Both the position numbers and the translations under genes were made by a program. The notes beneath the pieces are model-generated. The model saw only the letters and a list, made by a program, of their open reading frames with translations. It ran no database searches and had not been told where the DNA came from. From assembly GCA_016235085.1 (NCBI GenBank), contig JACRMA010000046.1:550-50764 (forward strand): a stretch of 50,215 nucleotides of DNA, written 5' to 3'. Source of the stretch: Candidatus Zixiibacteriota bacterium. GTDB lineage: Bacteria; Zixibacteria; MSB-5A5; WJJR01. Of this stretch, positions 1-10,074 are shown piece after piece (position 1 is the first letter of the stretch; the number at the start of each line of letters is the position of its first letter).

Positions 1-229
1 ACGGGACCGCAACGACGCGGAGGAAACGGTGGACACGCTGGGCATCAACCAGCCGCGCCCGAGTTCTGTCGGTAGAACCGTCATCGACAACGATGACCTC
101 AAATCCGAAACGTACGCGTTTAGACAATTCGTTGAACTGTTCGAGCAGCGGGCCAACGTTGGCCTCTTCGTTGTGGGCGGGGATCACGACTGAAACGTCG
201 ATTTTGCCGCCGGTGTAGGGTTTGTTCAT
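1..229 (-). CDS. Glycosyltransferase family 2 (DPM1/ArnC-like), 5' part only; runs off the window
   Basis: Not in the ORF track. Hand translation from ATG 229: MNKPYTGGKIDVSVVIPAHNEEANVGPLLEQF...FEVIVVDDGSTDRT, with the GT2 motifs SVVIPxxNEE and VVDDGSTD. GAGGA lies upstream. Confidence 0.9.
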   Translation of the reverse strand, partial: MNKPYTGGKIDVSVVIPAHNEEANVGPLLEQFNELSKRVRFGFEVIVVDDGSTDRTRARLVDAQRVHRFLRVVAVP

Positions 230-487
230 CGTCCTCTGACCTGAGCCAGCCGCTCAGCCAATTGGGGGTTTCGCGGATTGAGACGCTGGGCGCGGCTCCA
301 GGCATTGGCCGCGCGGTCGCGCATCTCGTTTCCCGCACCTTTACGGTAGACTTCCCACGCGACGTCGCCCATCTGGGCCCACAGCATGTAGTCGTCGGGG
401 AAGAACGTTGTCGCTCGCTGGTAGGCATCCAGCGCCTTATCCGCGGCGCCATATCGCGCGAACAGATCGCCCAGCCATCGCCCGCCG
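226..487 (-). pseudogene. Out-of-frame TPR-like C-terminal segment of the upstream membrane glycosyltransferase
   Basis: An alternative frame reads RWLGDLFARYGAADKALDAYQRATTFFPDDYMLWAQMGDVAWEVYRKGAGNEMRDRAANAWSRAQRLNPRNPQLAERLAQVRGR*. It has no start codon at its 5' end, and its TGA overlaps the GT2 ATG (ATGA). Confidence 0.7.
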
Positions 488-2428
488 CTAGGAATCCCTC
501 ACCCAGTTGGGCGCCTGCGCCAGGAGGGAATCCACGCCCCAGCCGCGAATGCGCAGCTGCATTCGCTCGAACGCCGATTGCCTGTAGGTGGATGCCTGGG
601 AGTTTCCACCCAATTCCGCAACGCGGAAGATGGTGATCGGCAGATTGCGCACCGAGTAGGTCGCCACCCGTTCCGCCTGATCGGCGATCGGCTTGTAATC
701 CTTGAAGAACGGTTCATCAGCCACGTCGACTATGGCAACGTGAGTGACGGGGTACTTCTTGAAGAATTCGGGATCGGCGTGCGCCACGCCGAACATTGCG
801 GGGAAATTGCCGTGGCGGCCGGTTTGGGTCAGCGCTGTGCCATACCCACCGGTCACAATGGCCCCGGCACCCAGAACCGTTTCCAAATCCTTGTTGGCGC
901 TCTGTAGAGCGTATTGCGGCTCTGACCACCAGCGGATGAAATGACGTCCCTGATCGATCAGGAACGCCACGAGCACGAGGGCGGCCACGAGTTCCAGAAC
1001 ACCGCGCGCTCTGCCCGGCGCCGGATTACGGGGAGTTTCCCGGCGGGAGAGCCACACCCAGAACGCCCCGGCGAGCAAGCCCAGCACCAAGGCCGTCATC
1101 GCCCCCTGGATCTGAGATTCGGGACGGAGCTGGTTGAACCAGTACGAAAACGCCATGTGCTGCATGCCGGTGGCCAGAATGATGCCGACGACAGGCACTG
1201 CATACCACGAACCGGCGCCGCGTTTGGGCTCGGCGGTGCGCCGGGATGTCGCCCACTCGGCGATGAGCCATGCGGCCACGCCGGCCAGCGGATAGAGAAG
1301 GACGATCTGATAACGCACCGGGCGGTAGTTGAACGGCATCAAGGCCGCGTACGCCGACCAGAACCACCCGACCAGCACGAGCACAGCGGGTGGGAGGCCG
1401 GACAGGAAATCACTCCACGATTTGCCGCGCATGTGACGGACGGCCATCCATGCCATCGCCATCAATCCAGCGACCGTCAGAATCGGTGCCCAGGTAAACA
1501 GGCCCGTGTTCATCCCGAAGGAAAACCACTGGGTGAAGAATCCCTTCAGTGACGAAAGGCCGATCGGAGTCCCGTAAAGTTGCACCGATTGCTCTTTGAG
1601 ATAGGCGAGCACCTCTGACGATGCGGGCAGGTAGGCGAAGACATACCAGAGAATGGCGATAAATCCCATTCCCGCTCCATATCCCAAGGGGCGTCCCCAG
1701 CGCTGCAGTTTCGATTCGTCGCGCGCCTGCCAGCCAACGAGTGCAAACGACAAAAACATAATCGGTGCGGCGTGGAGAGCCGTGACCTTGCCGAAGAAGG
1801 TTCCCGCGCCCGCCACAATGCCACCAAGTATTGCCCACCACCATCGGCGTACACAGGCAATGATGGCGAAGAAGGCGAATGCGAGGGTGGCATTGGAGGC
1901 GACCTCGAGAAATGGCATGCGGCCATAATTGGCGAAAAGATAATTCACACCCAGGAAGATTCCCGCCACGCCACCAGCGAGAACTCCAAACGCCCGGCCG
2001 ACTCCCCAGCAGAGAAACAAGATGCCGGCCAGATTGATGAGCACCGCGAGCAAGTGCGACGCCGTAATTCCGGGCCCGGTAACCGTGAAGAGCAGATACG
2101 CGAGAAGTCCGGTGACGTTCTTCTGGAAGAAGACGAGTCGGTCATCATGGAGTGGATTCCACGATCCAAAGACCATCGCATTGCGGGCATACGACGTGTA
2201 CTGGGGTGGATCGGTGAAGAGATCCTGGCTCCAGGAAACATCGAGGGGCGGATCGGCGCCGAGATCGATGAGCCGGACGGTCGCCGCCAATACCACCACC
2301 AACAGAAGCGCGCCGAGCCGCCAGCGTTTGTCCTCGAATCGGCGCGCCCATCCCGCCCACCAAAACGGGCGGTCTGCGGCACGCGGGTGTGAACTTTGTG
2401 CCGGCTTCCTGACGTCTTTCTTTGTCAT
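488..2428 (-). CDS. ArnT/PMT-like (GT-C fold) integral membrane glycosyltransferase, probably truncated by a frameshift
   Basis: 646 aa with many hydrophobic helices, an acidic loop after TM1 (DVSWSQDLFTD) and a YGRMPFLE segment like ArnT/GT83. Sits next to a GT2 and a sugar aminotransferase. Confidence 0.75.
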   Translation of the reverse strand: MTKKDVRKPAQSSHPRAADRPFWWAGWARRFEDKRWRLGALLLVVVLAATVRLIDLGADPPLDVSWSQDLFTDPPQYTSYARNAMVFGSWNPLHDDRLVFFQKNVTGLLAYLLFTVTGPGITASHLLAVLINLAGILFLCWGVGRAFGVLAGGVAGIFLGVNYLFANYGRMPFLEVASNATLAFAFFAIIACVRRWWWAILGGIVAGAGTFFGKVTALHAAPIMFLSFALVGWQARDESKLQRWGRPLGYGAGMGFIAILWYVFAYLPASSEVLAYLKEQSVQLYGTPIGLSSLKGFFTQWFSFGMNTGLFTWAPILTVAGLMAMAWMAVRHMRGKSWSDFLSGLPPAVLVLVGWFWSAYAALMPFNYRPVRYQIVLLYPLAGVAAWLIAEWATSRRTAEPKRGAGSWYAVPVVGIILATGMQHMAFSYWFNQLRPESQIQGAMTALVLGLLAGAFWVWLSRRETPRNPAPGRARGVLELVAALVLVAFLIDQGRHFIRWWSEPQYALQSANKDLETVLGAGAIVTGGYGTALTQTGRHGNFPAMFGVAHADPEFFKKYPVTHVAIVDVADEPFFKDYKPIADQAERVATYSVRNLPITIFRVAELGGNSQASTYRQSAFERMQLRIRGWGVDSLLAQAPNWVRDS

Positions 2429-2454
2429 TCGTTAGTGCTTTGGCTCCGAGCCAA

Positions 2455-3552
2455 TCATAGATCGACCGACCGCCGCGCCGCCGCGGCCACGTGATCGATC
2501 TGCTCATCCGTGAGCTCGGCGAACATCGGCAGCGACACGATGCGCCCCGCCTGCTTGTCGGTCACCGGGTACGACGGCCACGTCAGGTGGGCATAAGCTT
2601 TTTGCCGGTGCACCGGGATCGGGTAATGGATCAGCGTTCCGATTCCCTCTTCCTTCAAATCATCCTGGAAACGCGAGCGGTCATCCACCTGAACGGCAAA
2701 GATGTGATACACCGACTGCGAATCATCATCGGGAGGCGGCAACATGAGATTGGCGCCGGCGAGTTTCTGACGGTAGCGGTCGGCATGGGCGCGGCGCAAG
2801 CGATTCCATTCGGGAAGGTGCTTCAACTTCACGTTGAGAATGGCGCCCTGCAAACCCTCCATGCGGTAGTTGTACCCGATGGCGTCGTGGTGGTACTTCT
2901 GTTTCGAACCGTGATCGCGCAGGAGCCGCATGTATTCGGCAGCGGCGTCGTCATTCGTAACGACGGCCCCTCCCTCACCGTATGCACCGAGATTCTTGCC
3001 GGGGTAAAACGAGAAACACCCGGACTGGCCCCATGACCCCGTGGGCCGATCTTTGTAGGTCGCGCCATGCGCCTGACAAGCATCTTCGATCACGACCAGG
3101 CCGGCATCCTTGGCAATCGCGTTGATCTCGGCCATCGGGGCGGGACGGCCATAGAGATGAACCGGAATAATCGCCTTGGTCTTGGGCGTAATGGCCGCCT
3201 TGATCAGCTTCGGATTGATATTGTACGTCTTCTCGTCCATGTCGACCAGGATGGGGATCGCGCCGCAATACGAAATGGCCTCGCAAGTCGCAATGAAGGT
3301 GTTCGCCGCGGTGATCACTTCATCGCCCGGTCCGATGCCTGCCGCCAGCAAAGCCAGATGAAGCGCGGAGGTTCCGGTATCGACGGCGATGCAGTGCTTG
3401 ACGCCGCAGTAGTGCGCGAAATTCTCTTCGAATTCTTTGACGTGCGCCCCGAGAACAAACTGGCAACTGCTCAGGACAGAGCCGACCGCGGCGTCGATCT
3501 CCGGCTTGATGGAGAGGTACTGGGCTTTCAAATCGAGAAACGGAACGTTCAC
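2455..3552 (-). CDS. DegT/DnrJ/EryC1/StrS family PLP-dependent sugar aminotransferase
   Basis: VPFLDLKAQY N-terminus, GTSALHLAL, IEDACQAHGA, and SFYPGKNLGAYGEGG containing the PLP lysine. Confidence 0.95.
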   Translation of the reverse strand: MNVPFLDLKAQYLSIKPEIDAAVGSVLSSCQFVLGAHVKEFEENFAHYCGVKHCIAVDTGTSALHLALLAAGIGPGDEVITAANTFIATCEAISYCGAIPILVDMDEKTYNINPKLIKAAITPKTKAIIPVHLYGRPAPMAEINAIAKDAGLVVIEDACQAHGATYKDRPTGSWGQSGCFSFYPGKNLGAYGEGGAVVTNDDAAAEYMRLLRDHGSKQKYHHDAIGYNYRMEGLQGAILNVKLKHLPEWNRLRRAHADRYRQKLAGANLMLPPPDDDSQSVYHIFAVQVDDRSRFQDDLKEEGIGTLIHYPIPVHRQKAYAHLTWPSYPVTDKQAGRIVSLPMFAELTDEQIDHVAAAARRSVDL

Positions 3553-3564
3553 AGTCTTTTCCCT

Positions 3565-4950
3565 TCAACGACGGGCTGGTGAGCCTGCTGTTTTGGTGGT
3601 GGTGGCGCGGGCGCGGGCTGTCGCCGGTGCCGGTTCAGCATTCGAGAGATTCCGGTATACCAGTTGACCATCGACGATCGTCGCGCGTACGACCCCGGTC
3701 AGGGTCCAGCCGACATACGGCGAGTTCTTGGATTTCGATTTCAGGGACGCGAGAGTGACTTCCCACTGCGCTTTGGGATCGAAGCAGACGATGTCCGCCG
3801 GTGCGCCTGGTTCGATTCGTCCGGCGTCGAGTCCGAAAACTCGTGCGGCGCGGCGCGTCAGGCAATCGATCAGGAAGGGCCAGTCGGCCAGGCCGTTTTC
3901 GATCAAGGCGCGCTGACAAACACCGAGCGCCGTTTCCAGACCAATCATGCCGAAGGGCGCCAGATCGAATTCGCCATCCTTCTCCTGTTCCGCGTGGGGA
4001 GCATGATCGGTGGCGATGCAATCGATTGTGCCGTCCAGCAGTCCGTCGCGCAAGGCCGCGACATCTTCCTTTGTCCGCAACGGCGGGTTGACTTTCAGAA
4101 GGGGATCGAAATCCCGCGCGACCAGATCGTCCGTCAGCATGAGATGATGCGGCGTGACCTCGGCCGTCACACGGACACCGATGGCCTTGGCGGCGCGCAC
4201 CAATTCCACCGACCCGGCGGTGGAGAGATGCGCAATGTGCAGGCGGCAGCCGGTCATTCGCGCCAGTGCGATATCACGCGCCACGCAGATTTCCTCGGAG
4301 ATTGCCGGGATCCCCCGCAGACCCAATTTCGTCGATACCGAGCCTTCGTGCATCACGCCGTCACGCGACAAATCCGGCGTTTCGCAGTGGGAGACCAGGG
4401 TGACATCGAACATCTGCGCGTATTCCATGGCGCGGCGCAGAAGGCCGGCATTGGCGACGGGCGCACCATCATCGGAGAACGCCACCGCTCCGGCAGCAAC
4501 CATATCGGCAATTTCGGCGAGTGATTCGCCTTTGCGATCACGGGTGATTGAACCGATGGGGTGAACCTTCCCCGCTGCCGATTGAGCCCGGTCGACGACG
4601 AAGCGCACGGTCTCCTGATCCGCGATGGCCGGCTCAGTGTTGGGCATGCAACAGACCGTCGTGAAACCACCGCTGACCCCGGCGGCGGAGCCGGTTTCGA
4701 CCGTCTCTTCGTCTTCGCGTCCCGGTTCACGGAGGTGCGTATGGAGATCAATGAATCCGGGTGCGACAATCATCCCCTCGGCATGAATGACCGCCTCTTC
4801 CGGAATTCCGGAGGCGATTCCGCGTCCAATCCGTTCCACTTGTCCATCGGCGATCAGGATGTCGGCGACACCATCATGACCCGATGCCGGATCAATGACG
4901 CGTCCGCCGACAATTGCGCGGATGGCCGCGGCGGACTGTTCTGTTTTCAT
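3565..4950 (-). CDS. pyrC: Dihydroorotase (type I)
   Basis: PGFIDLHTHLREPG, MPNTEP, KVNPPLR, ATDHAPH. Start moved to ATG 4950, which overlaps the pyrB stop and follows GGGAGG. Confidence 0.95.
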   Translation of the reverse strand: MKTEQSAAAIRAIVGGRVIDPASGHDGVADILIADGQVERIGRGIASGIPEEAVIHAEGMIVAPGFIDLHTHLREPGREDEETVETGSAAGVSGGFTTVCCMPNTEPAIADQETVRFVVDRAQSAAGKVHPIGSITRDRKGESLAEIADMVAAGAVAFSDDGAPVANAGLLRRAMEYAQMFDVTLVSHCETPDLSRDGVMHEGSVSTKLGLRGIPAISEEICVARDIALARMTGCRLHIAHLSTAGSVELVRAAKAIGVRVTAEVTPHHLMLTDDLVARDFDPLLKVNPPLRTKEDVAALRDGLLDGTIDCIATDHAPHAEQEKDGEFDLAPFGMIGLETALGVCQRALIENGLADWPFLIDCLTRRAARVFGLDAGRIEPGAPADIVCFDPKAQWEVTLASLKSKSKNSPYVGWTLTGVVRATIVDGQLVYRNLSNAEPAPATARARATTTKTAGSPARR

Positions 4951-6002
4951 TCGCCCTCCCGACCCGGCGTCGCCTGACCACCGCACAACAGATAGAGAGC
5001 TGCCATTCGGACGGCGAGTCCGTTGGTCACCTGATCGAGAATGACCGAATTGGGCCCATCGGCGACTTCGGAGGTGATTTCCACGCCGCGATTCATCGGA
5101 CCGGGGTGCATGACGAGTGCTCCGGGGCGCAGGCGCCGCGCGCGTTCAGAATCGATCCCAAACAGCCGCGAGTATTCGCGCAACGACGGCAGGAACGCCG
5201 AACCCTGCCGTTCACGCTGGATGCGCAGGACGTTGATGGCATCGACGCCACGGTCCAGCGCCTTGTCGATATCGGTGTAAACTTCGACTCCGTAGTCGGC
5301 AAACGACCTGGGGATGAGTGTGGCCGGACCGCAGATCGAGACCTCGGCACCCATTGTCAGCAGTCCCCAGATGTTGGAACGGGCCACGCGTGAGTGTGCG
5401 ACATCACCCACAATCAGGACGCGCTTGCCACGCAGATCGCGCCAGCGTTCCCAGATCGTGTAGATGTCGAGCAGACCCTGTGTCGGATGCTCGTGAGAAC
5501 CGTCGCCGGCATTCAATACAATGGCATCGGTCGCACGCGTCAGGAAGTGGGGCGCACCGGGCGAGGGATGGCGGATCACGATAACATCGGTCTTCATCGC
5601 CAGGATGTTCTTGACCGTATCGCGGAGCGACTCGCCTTTGGTCACCGAAGACGTTGAAGCCGTGAAATTGACGACGTCGGCCGAGAGGCGCTTTTCCGCC
5701 AGTTCGAAGGAGATGCGCGTGCGTGTCGATGGTTCGTAGAAGAGGTTGACGATGGTCTGGCCGCGCAGGGGTGGCACCTTCTTGATGGGCCGGTCCAGCA
5801 CTTCTTTGAACGATTCGGCGGTCGTCAGGATGCGTTCGATGTCCTCGCGGCAAACGCCCTCGAGCCCCAAAAGATGGCGTATGCGGAGACGGCCATCGGT
5901 CGCCGCCGCTTCTGGTTGAGCGGGACGATTCTGAGCGGCGTTGCCGGAAACACTCTGGTGCGGCGTTTCCGCGGGCGTGTCGGCGATCTTGGTCTTGGTC
6001 AT
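4947..6002 (-). CDS. pyrB: Aspartate carbamoyltransferase catalytic subunit
   Basis: FYEPSTRTRISFE, KGESL, NAGDGSHEHPTQ, MHPGPMNRG. Confidence 0.97.
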   Translation of the reverse strand: MTKTKIADTPAETPHQSVSGNAAQNRPAQPEAAATDGRLRIRHLLGLEGVCREDIERILTTAESFKEVLDRPIKKVPPLRGQTIVNLFYEPSTRTRISFELAEKRLSADVVNFTASTSSVTKGESLRDTVKNILAMKTDVIVIRHPSPGAPHFLTRATDAIVLNAGDGSHEHPTQGLLDIYTIWERWRDLRGKRVLIVGDVAHSRVARSNIWGLLTMGAEVSICGPATLIPRSFADYGVEVYTDIDKALDRGVDAINVLRIQRERQGSAFLPSLREYSRLFGIDSERARRLRPGALVMHPGPMNRGVEITSEVADGPNSVILDQVTNGLAVRMAALYLLCGGQATPGREGE

Positions 6003-6044
6003 CGTATTCGTTTCACCGTGTTTGGTATGCGCATTCGGTATCGT

Positions 6045-6786
<742 letters not shown>

Positions 6787-6841
6787 CGCAAGAAGCTAAC
6801 GGCCCAACCGTGCCAAATCCACAGCTTTTTCGGAAGGGGTG

Positions 6842-8332
6842 TCAGGAAGGCCGAACTCCAAGAGCAGCACTGTCATTGGCGAAACCGATGGGTTGCAAGA
6901 TTGGTGCCAGATGGCTCGAATCCGTCCAATCGCCGTCGAAAATCACGCGGCCTGAGTTCATGACCCAGACTCTGTGAGTCACATGCTCCAGCCAATCGAG
7001 ATCGTGGGAGATTACGAGGTAGGCGATGCCTGACTTGCGCCAATCCGCAAGAACACGCTGGAGCCTCTCAAGTCCATCGGCATCCAGTGCCGCGGTGGGT
7101 TCATCAAGGATGTAGAGAGGAGCCGGGCAGGCGGTCACGCCCGCCATCCCTACGCGGCGTTGTTGGCCGGCCGACAGATCGAATGGCGAGCGGCGGGCAA
7201 AGTGCGCAAACGGCAATCCCAGGGCATCGAGAGCCGCCGAGGCCAGTTCCTTCGCTCTGGCGATATCGCTACCGCGCGCCCTGGGTCCAAAGGCAACGTC
7301 CTCGCCAACTGTCGGGCAGAACAACTGCCGCTCGGGGAATTGGATCATGAGCGCCGGCGGGAATCCCCGGGCACCATCCCATGATCTCTCGATCGTCCCG
7401 CCATACGAATCGAAAAGCCCGGCCAGATGATACGCGAGTGTGCTCTTGCCGCAACCGATGGGACCGCACAGTCCGATTGCGTCGCCCGCGCGGATCTCCA
7501 CGGAAATATCCGTCAGTGGATTATTGGGGAGGGGCCAACGGTCCTGGGCCAGTTGGCTCAGATTCTCGGTGCGAACAATGACAGGGTGTTCAGCATTTGT
7601 GAGTGGCTGGGGGAGGTTGGGACTGGCCGCGCGCGTCATTCCCGTCCACTGGTCGGGGGGGCCGTCGAAGACTACCTGTCCGGATTCGAGCACAACCACG
7701 CGGGGGAAACGCCGCGTGTCCTCGATGTACTGCGTGATCAACACCAGCGCCGGCCTATTCGGCAATTCGCTGGTATCGCTCAGCAGATACTCCAACAACT
7801 CGCGCCGGCCCGGTGGGTCCAGATGCGAGGTGGGTTCGTCGAGGACAATCAGGTCACGCCCCGAGGCGAAGGCGCAGGCAATCGCCAGCTTCTGCTTCTC
7901 CCCGCCCGACAATTGTTGCGTGGGCCGGTCGCGCAGATGATCGAGCCCATACGCAGCGAGGAGTTCTACAGCTTGACCATCGTCAATACGTGATTGACCC
8001 GCGTGTTCCAGCGCTAACGCGATTTCCTGAGCGACCGTCTCGGCGATCAAGTTGTCGTCGGGCCCCTGGAATACAAGGGCGGCCAGCGACTGTTCCTCCG
8101 TCATGGCCGGAGAGGTATCGTTCGTATCCCAGGTGATCAGCATGTGGCCGCTCGAGGGAGGCAGCAACCCGGCGAGCAGTCGTGCCAGTGTTGATTTCCC
8201 GGAGCCGTTAGCTCCGATGAGAGCCAGACGCTCACCTTGAGTAATCGTGAGTGAGACGCCGTTCAGCGCGTCAACGATCCGCCCATCCGCGGTGGGGAAT
8301 TGAAACGAAACATCGGTGAGGGTCCATCTCAT
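6842..8332 (-). CDS. Fused double ABC ATPase of ECF-transporter type (EcfA-EcfA')
   Basis: Two Walker A motifs (GANGSGKS, GPIGCGKS), signatures LSGGEKQK and LSAGQQRR, two LDEPT motifs, and the ECF-typical QFPERQLF..TV.EDVAFGP. Start placed at ATG 8332. Confidence 0.85.
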   Translation of the reverse strand: MRWTLTDVSFQFPTADGRIVDALNGVSLTITQGERLALIGANGSGKSTLARLLAGLLPPSSGHMLITWDTNDTSPAMTEEQSLAALVFQGPDDNLIAETVAQEIALALEHAGQSRIDDGQAVELLAAYGLDHLRDRPTQQLSGGEKQKLAIACAFASGRDLIVLDEPTSHLDPPGRRELLEYLLSDTSELPNRPALVLITQYIEDTRRFPRVVVLESGQVVFDGPPDQWTGMTRAASPNLPQPLTNAEHPVIVRTENLSQLAQDRWPLPNNPLTDISVEIRAGDAIGLCGPIGCGKSTLAYHLAGLFDSYGGTIERSWDGARGFPPALMIQFPERQLFCPTVGEDVAFGPRARGSDIARAKELASAALDALGLPFAHFARRSPFDLSAGQQRRVGMAGVTACPAPLYILDEPTAALDADGLERLQRVLADWRKSGIAYLVISHDLDWLEHVTHRVWVMNSGRVIFDGDWTDSSHLAPILQPIGFANDSAALGVRPS

Positions 8333-8637
8333 GAGATCCCGGCGTGATGACGCCGTGGACAATGAAGATGGGTTGGGGGATCAGGTCAAGAAAGTCGGTG
8401 GAAGGCCGACTGCAGCGAATGGCCCCACTCTACCCTGCATAAAGGTACCAATCCAACCGGTCAATCACGGTTACTCTGTGTCCTCACGAATCCGGGAGCC
8501 TCTTCCGTCGCAGGGATGAAATCCTCGAGACGGCACAGTGGGGAAGCTTACGGGTGCGGTGGACTGACGCGCCGCAGGTCTTCCGAATTCAATCAACGCT
8601 GGGTGTGAGTCATCATGCAGACCTGATCACAATCTGG

Positions 8638-9993
8638 TCAGGTGAGTATCCGGTTTTCGAGGTAATCTAGGAAGTCGGCTTTCGTCTTGAAATCTCCGCT
8701 GACAACCAAAGCGTTTCTAATCGCAGTCCAGACTGTGATGAAGATCCCGCTGAGCGTCACTGGGGAGACGTCGATCTCACCATGATGGACAAAGGCGCTC
8801 CGCCGTTTGTAGGCATCTTGCACGAGTTCCTTTATTTCTCTGCGGCCAGCTACGTCCAGTTCGACGAGGAATGCGAGACGCAACCATAGGTGGACCAGGA
8901 TTGGCTCTGATTGATCGCGCAGCAGCAGTGTTTCTGCAGCCACGAGAGCGTATAGAAGCTTGTCCTGAGTATCCTGGGCCTCTATCGCACGCGCGAAGAG
9001 CTGGATTGTATCGAAGACTGTCTCTTCAAAAGCCGTCTTCGTTTTCGTGGTCAGCAGTTGGCCCGCCAGGTTCCACCCGTGCCGCTCAAATTCCTTCAAG
9101 TCCTCGGACATGATCTGGTACGGAAGTGCCGGGGTCTCCATTCCTTCGACAATATCGGGCACGGGGTCATCGAAGACCAGCGCATGAGAGGTGGGCACCA
9201 GCGTTCTCCCCATCAACCCATAGAAACATGGAACCGCCACGGCACATGCGGGAGTGAAAAAGCGGAGCACATTGATTGCCATCCGCGCTTCGGTAGTAGC
9301 CCTTTGGATCGCTCTTGTTGTCTCCCCTTCAACCTCCATCGAACAGCAGACCACACCCTGATATCTCTTCCGAAGTGGCGTCAGTCGTCCCTTGGGAGTC
9401 GCGCTGCCATCAGCGGCGAGGGGGGACCGAGACTCCCACTCGTCGAAGAGGTCCTTCCGGAGATACTCGAACATGATTGCCCCAAGACAGAAGGGCCGAT
9501 CGATAGTCAAAAAGGAAACAGGAATCGCCACCTTTCTCTTGCGGACATCTCGACCGGCGCAAGTACTGAGGAACGTGACGAACTGGGTCTCCGGACCGAT
9601 CTCTCCTCTTACGTGTTTCTCAATCCACTCCAATATCCTGTCCTCGATATAGTCCACACTCAGAACACTGTTGACAGTGGCAGGCTTGTGCACCTGAGCA
9701 ACGACCTTCCGGAACTCCTCAAACGCCGAGTTCTCGATCCCAAGAAGTCCCTGGTCAGTCATGAAGCATCTCCCCACTTGCTTTCCGGACCCATCCACCA
9801 TCCCCGTTATGACGGGGGTTCCATCGCTCGGAGTGATGATCTCGGTGTGAACGTGTGATGCAGACGTTTCCCTAGGCGCTCCCGCAGGTGTTATGCTTCG
9901 TGGGATGGGACGCACCATCTCCTTAAGCTGTGACGCCACCTGATTGAAGTGACTCGCGGCCTCGGGGGCCAGGTGAAGCTGATATGCCGTCAC
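8638..9993 (-). CDS. Apea-like HEPN domain protein (putative RNase defence effector)
   Basis: C-terminal ALVAAETLL...LWLRLAFL...AYKRRSAFVHHG gives E...RxxxxH, the Apea-like HEPN arrangement. Strong RBS AGGAGG before GTG. Confidence 0.75.
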   Translation of the reverse strand: MTAYQLHLAPEAASHFNQVASQLKEMVRPIPRSITPAGAPRETSASHVHTEIITPSDGTPVITGMVDGSGKQVGRCFMTDQGLLGIENSAFEEFRKVVAQVHKPATVNSVLSVDYIEDRILEWIEKHVRGEIGPETQFVTFLSTCAGRDVRKRKVAIPVSFLTIDRPFCLGAIMFEYLRKDLFDEWESRSPLAADGSATPKGRLTPLRKRYQGVVCCSMEVEGETTRAIQRATTEARMAINVLRFFTPACAVAVPCFYGLMGRTLVPTSHALVFDDPVPDIVEGMETPALPYQIMSEDLKEFERHGWNLAGQLLTTKTKTAFEETVFDTIQLFARAIEAQDTQDKLLYALVAAETLLLRDQSEPILVHLWLRLAFLVELDVAGRREIKELVQDAYKRRSAFVHHGEIDVSPVTLSGIFITVWTAIRNALVVSGDFKTKADFLDYLENRILT

Positions 9994-10074
9994 GATCCTC
10001 CTGCCCAGCGCTGCGGAGGTCTGCGAAGTCTCGCCTCCGCTAACTGCAGAAAACTATCCGGGGCCGTAGACATA

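Noticed and set aside
8363-8637. Possible riboswitch or tRNA/att site upstream of the ECF ATPase
   Set aside because: Only short hairpins; no TPP, cobalamin or FMN consensus, no cloverleaf, and no direct repeat matching the other side of the cassette.
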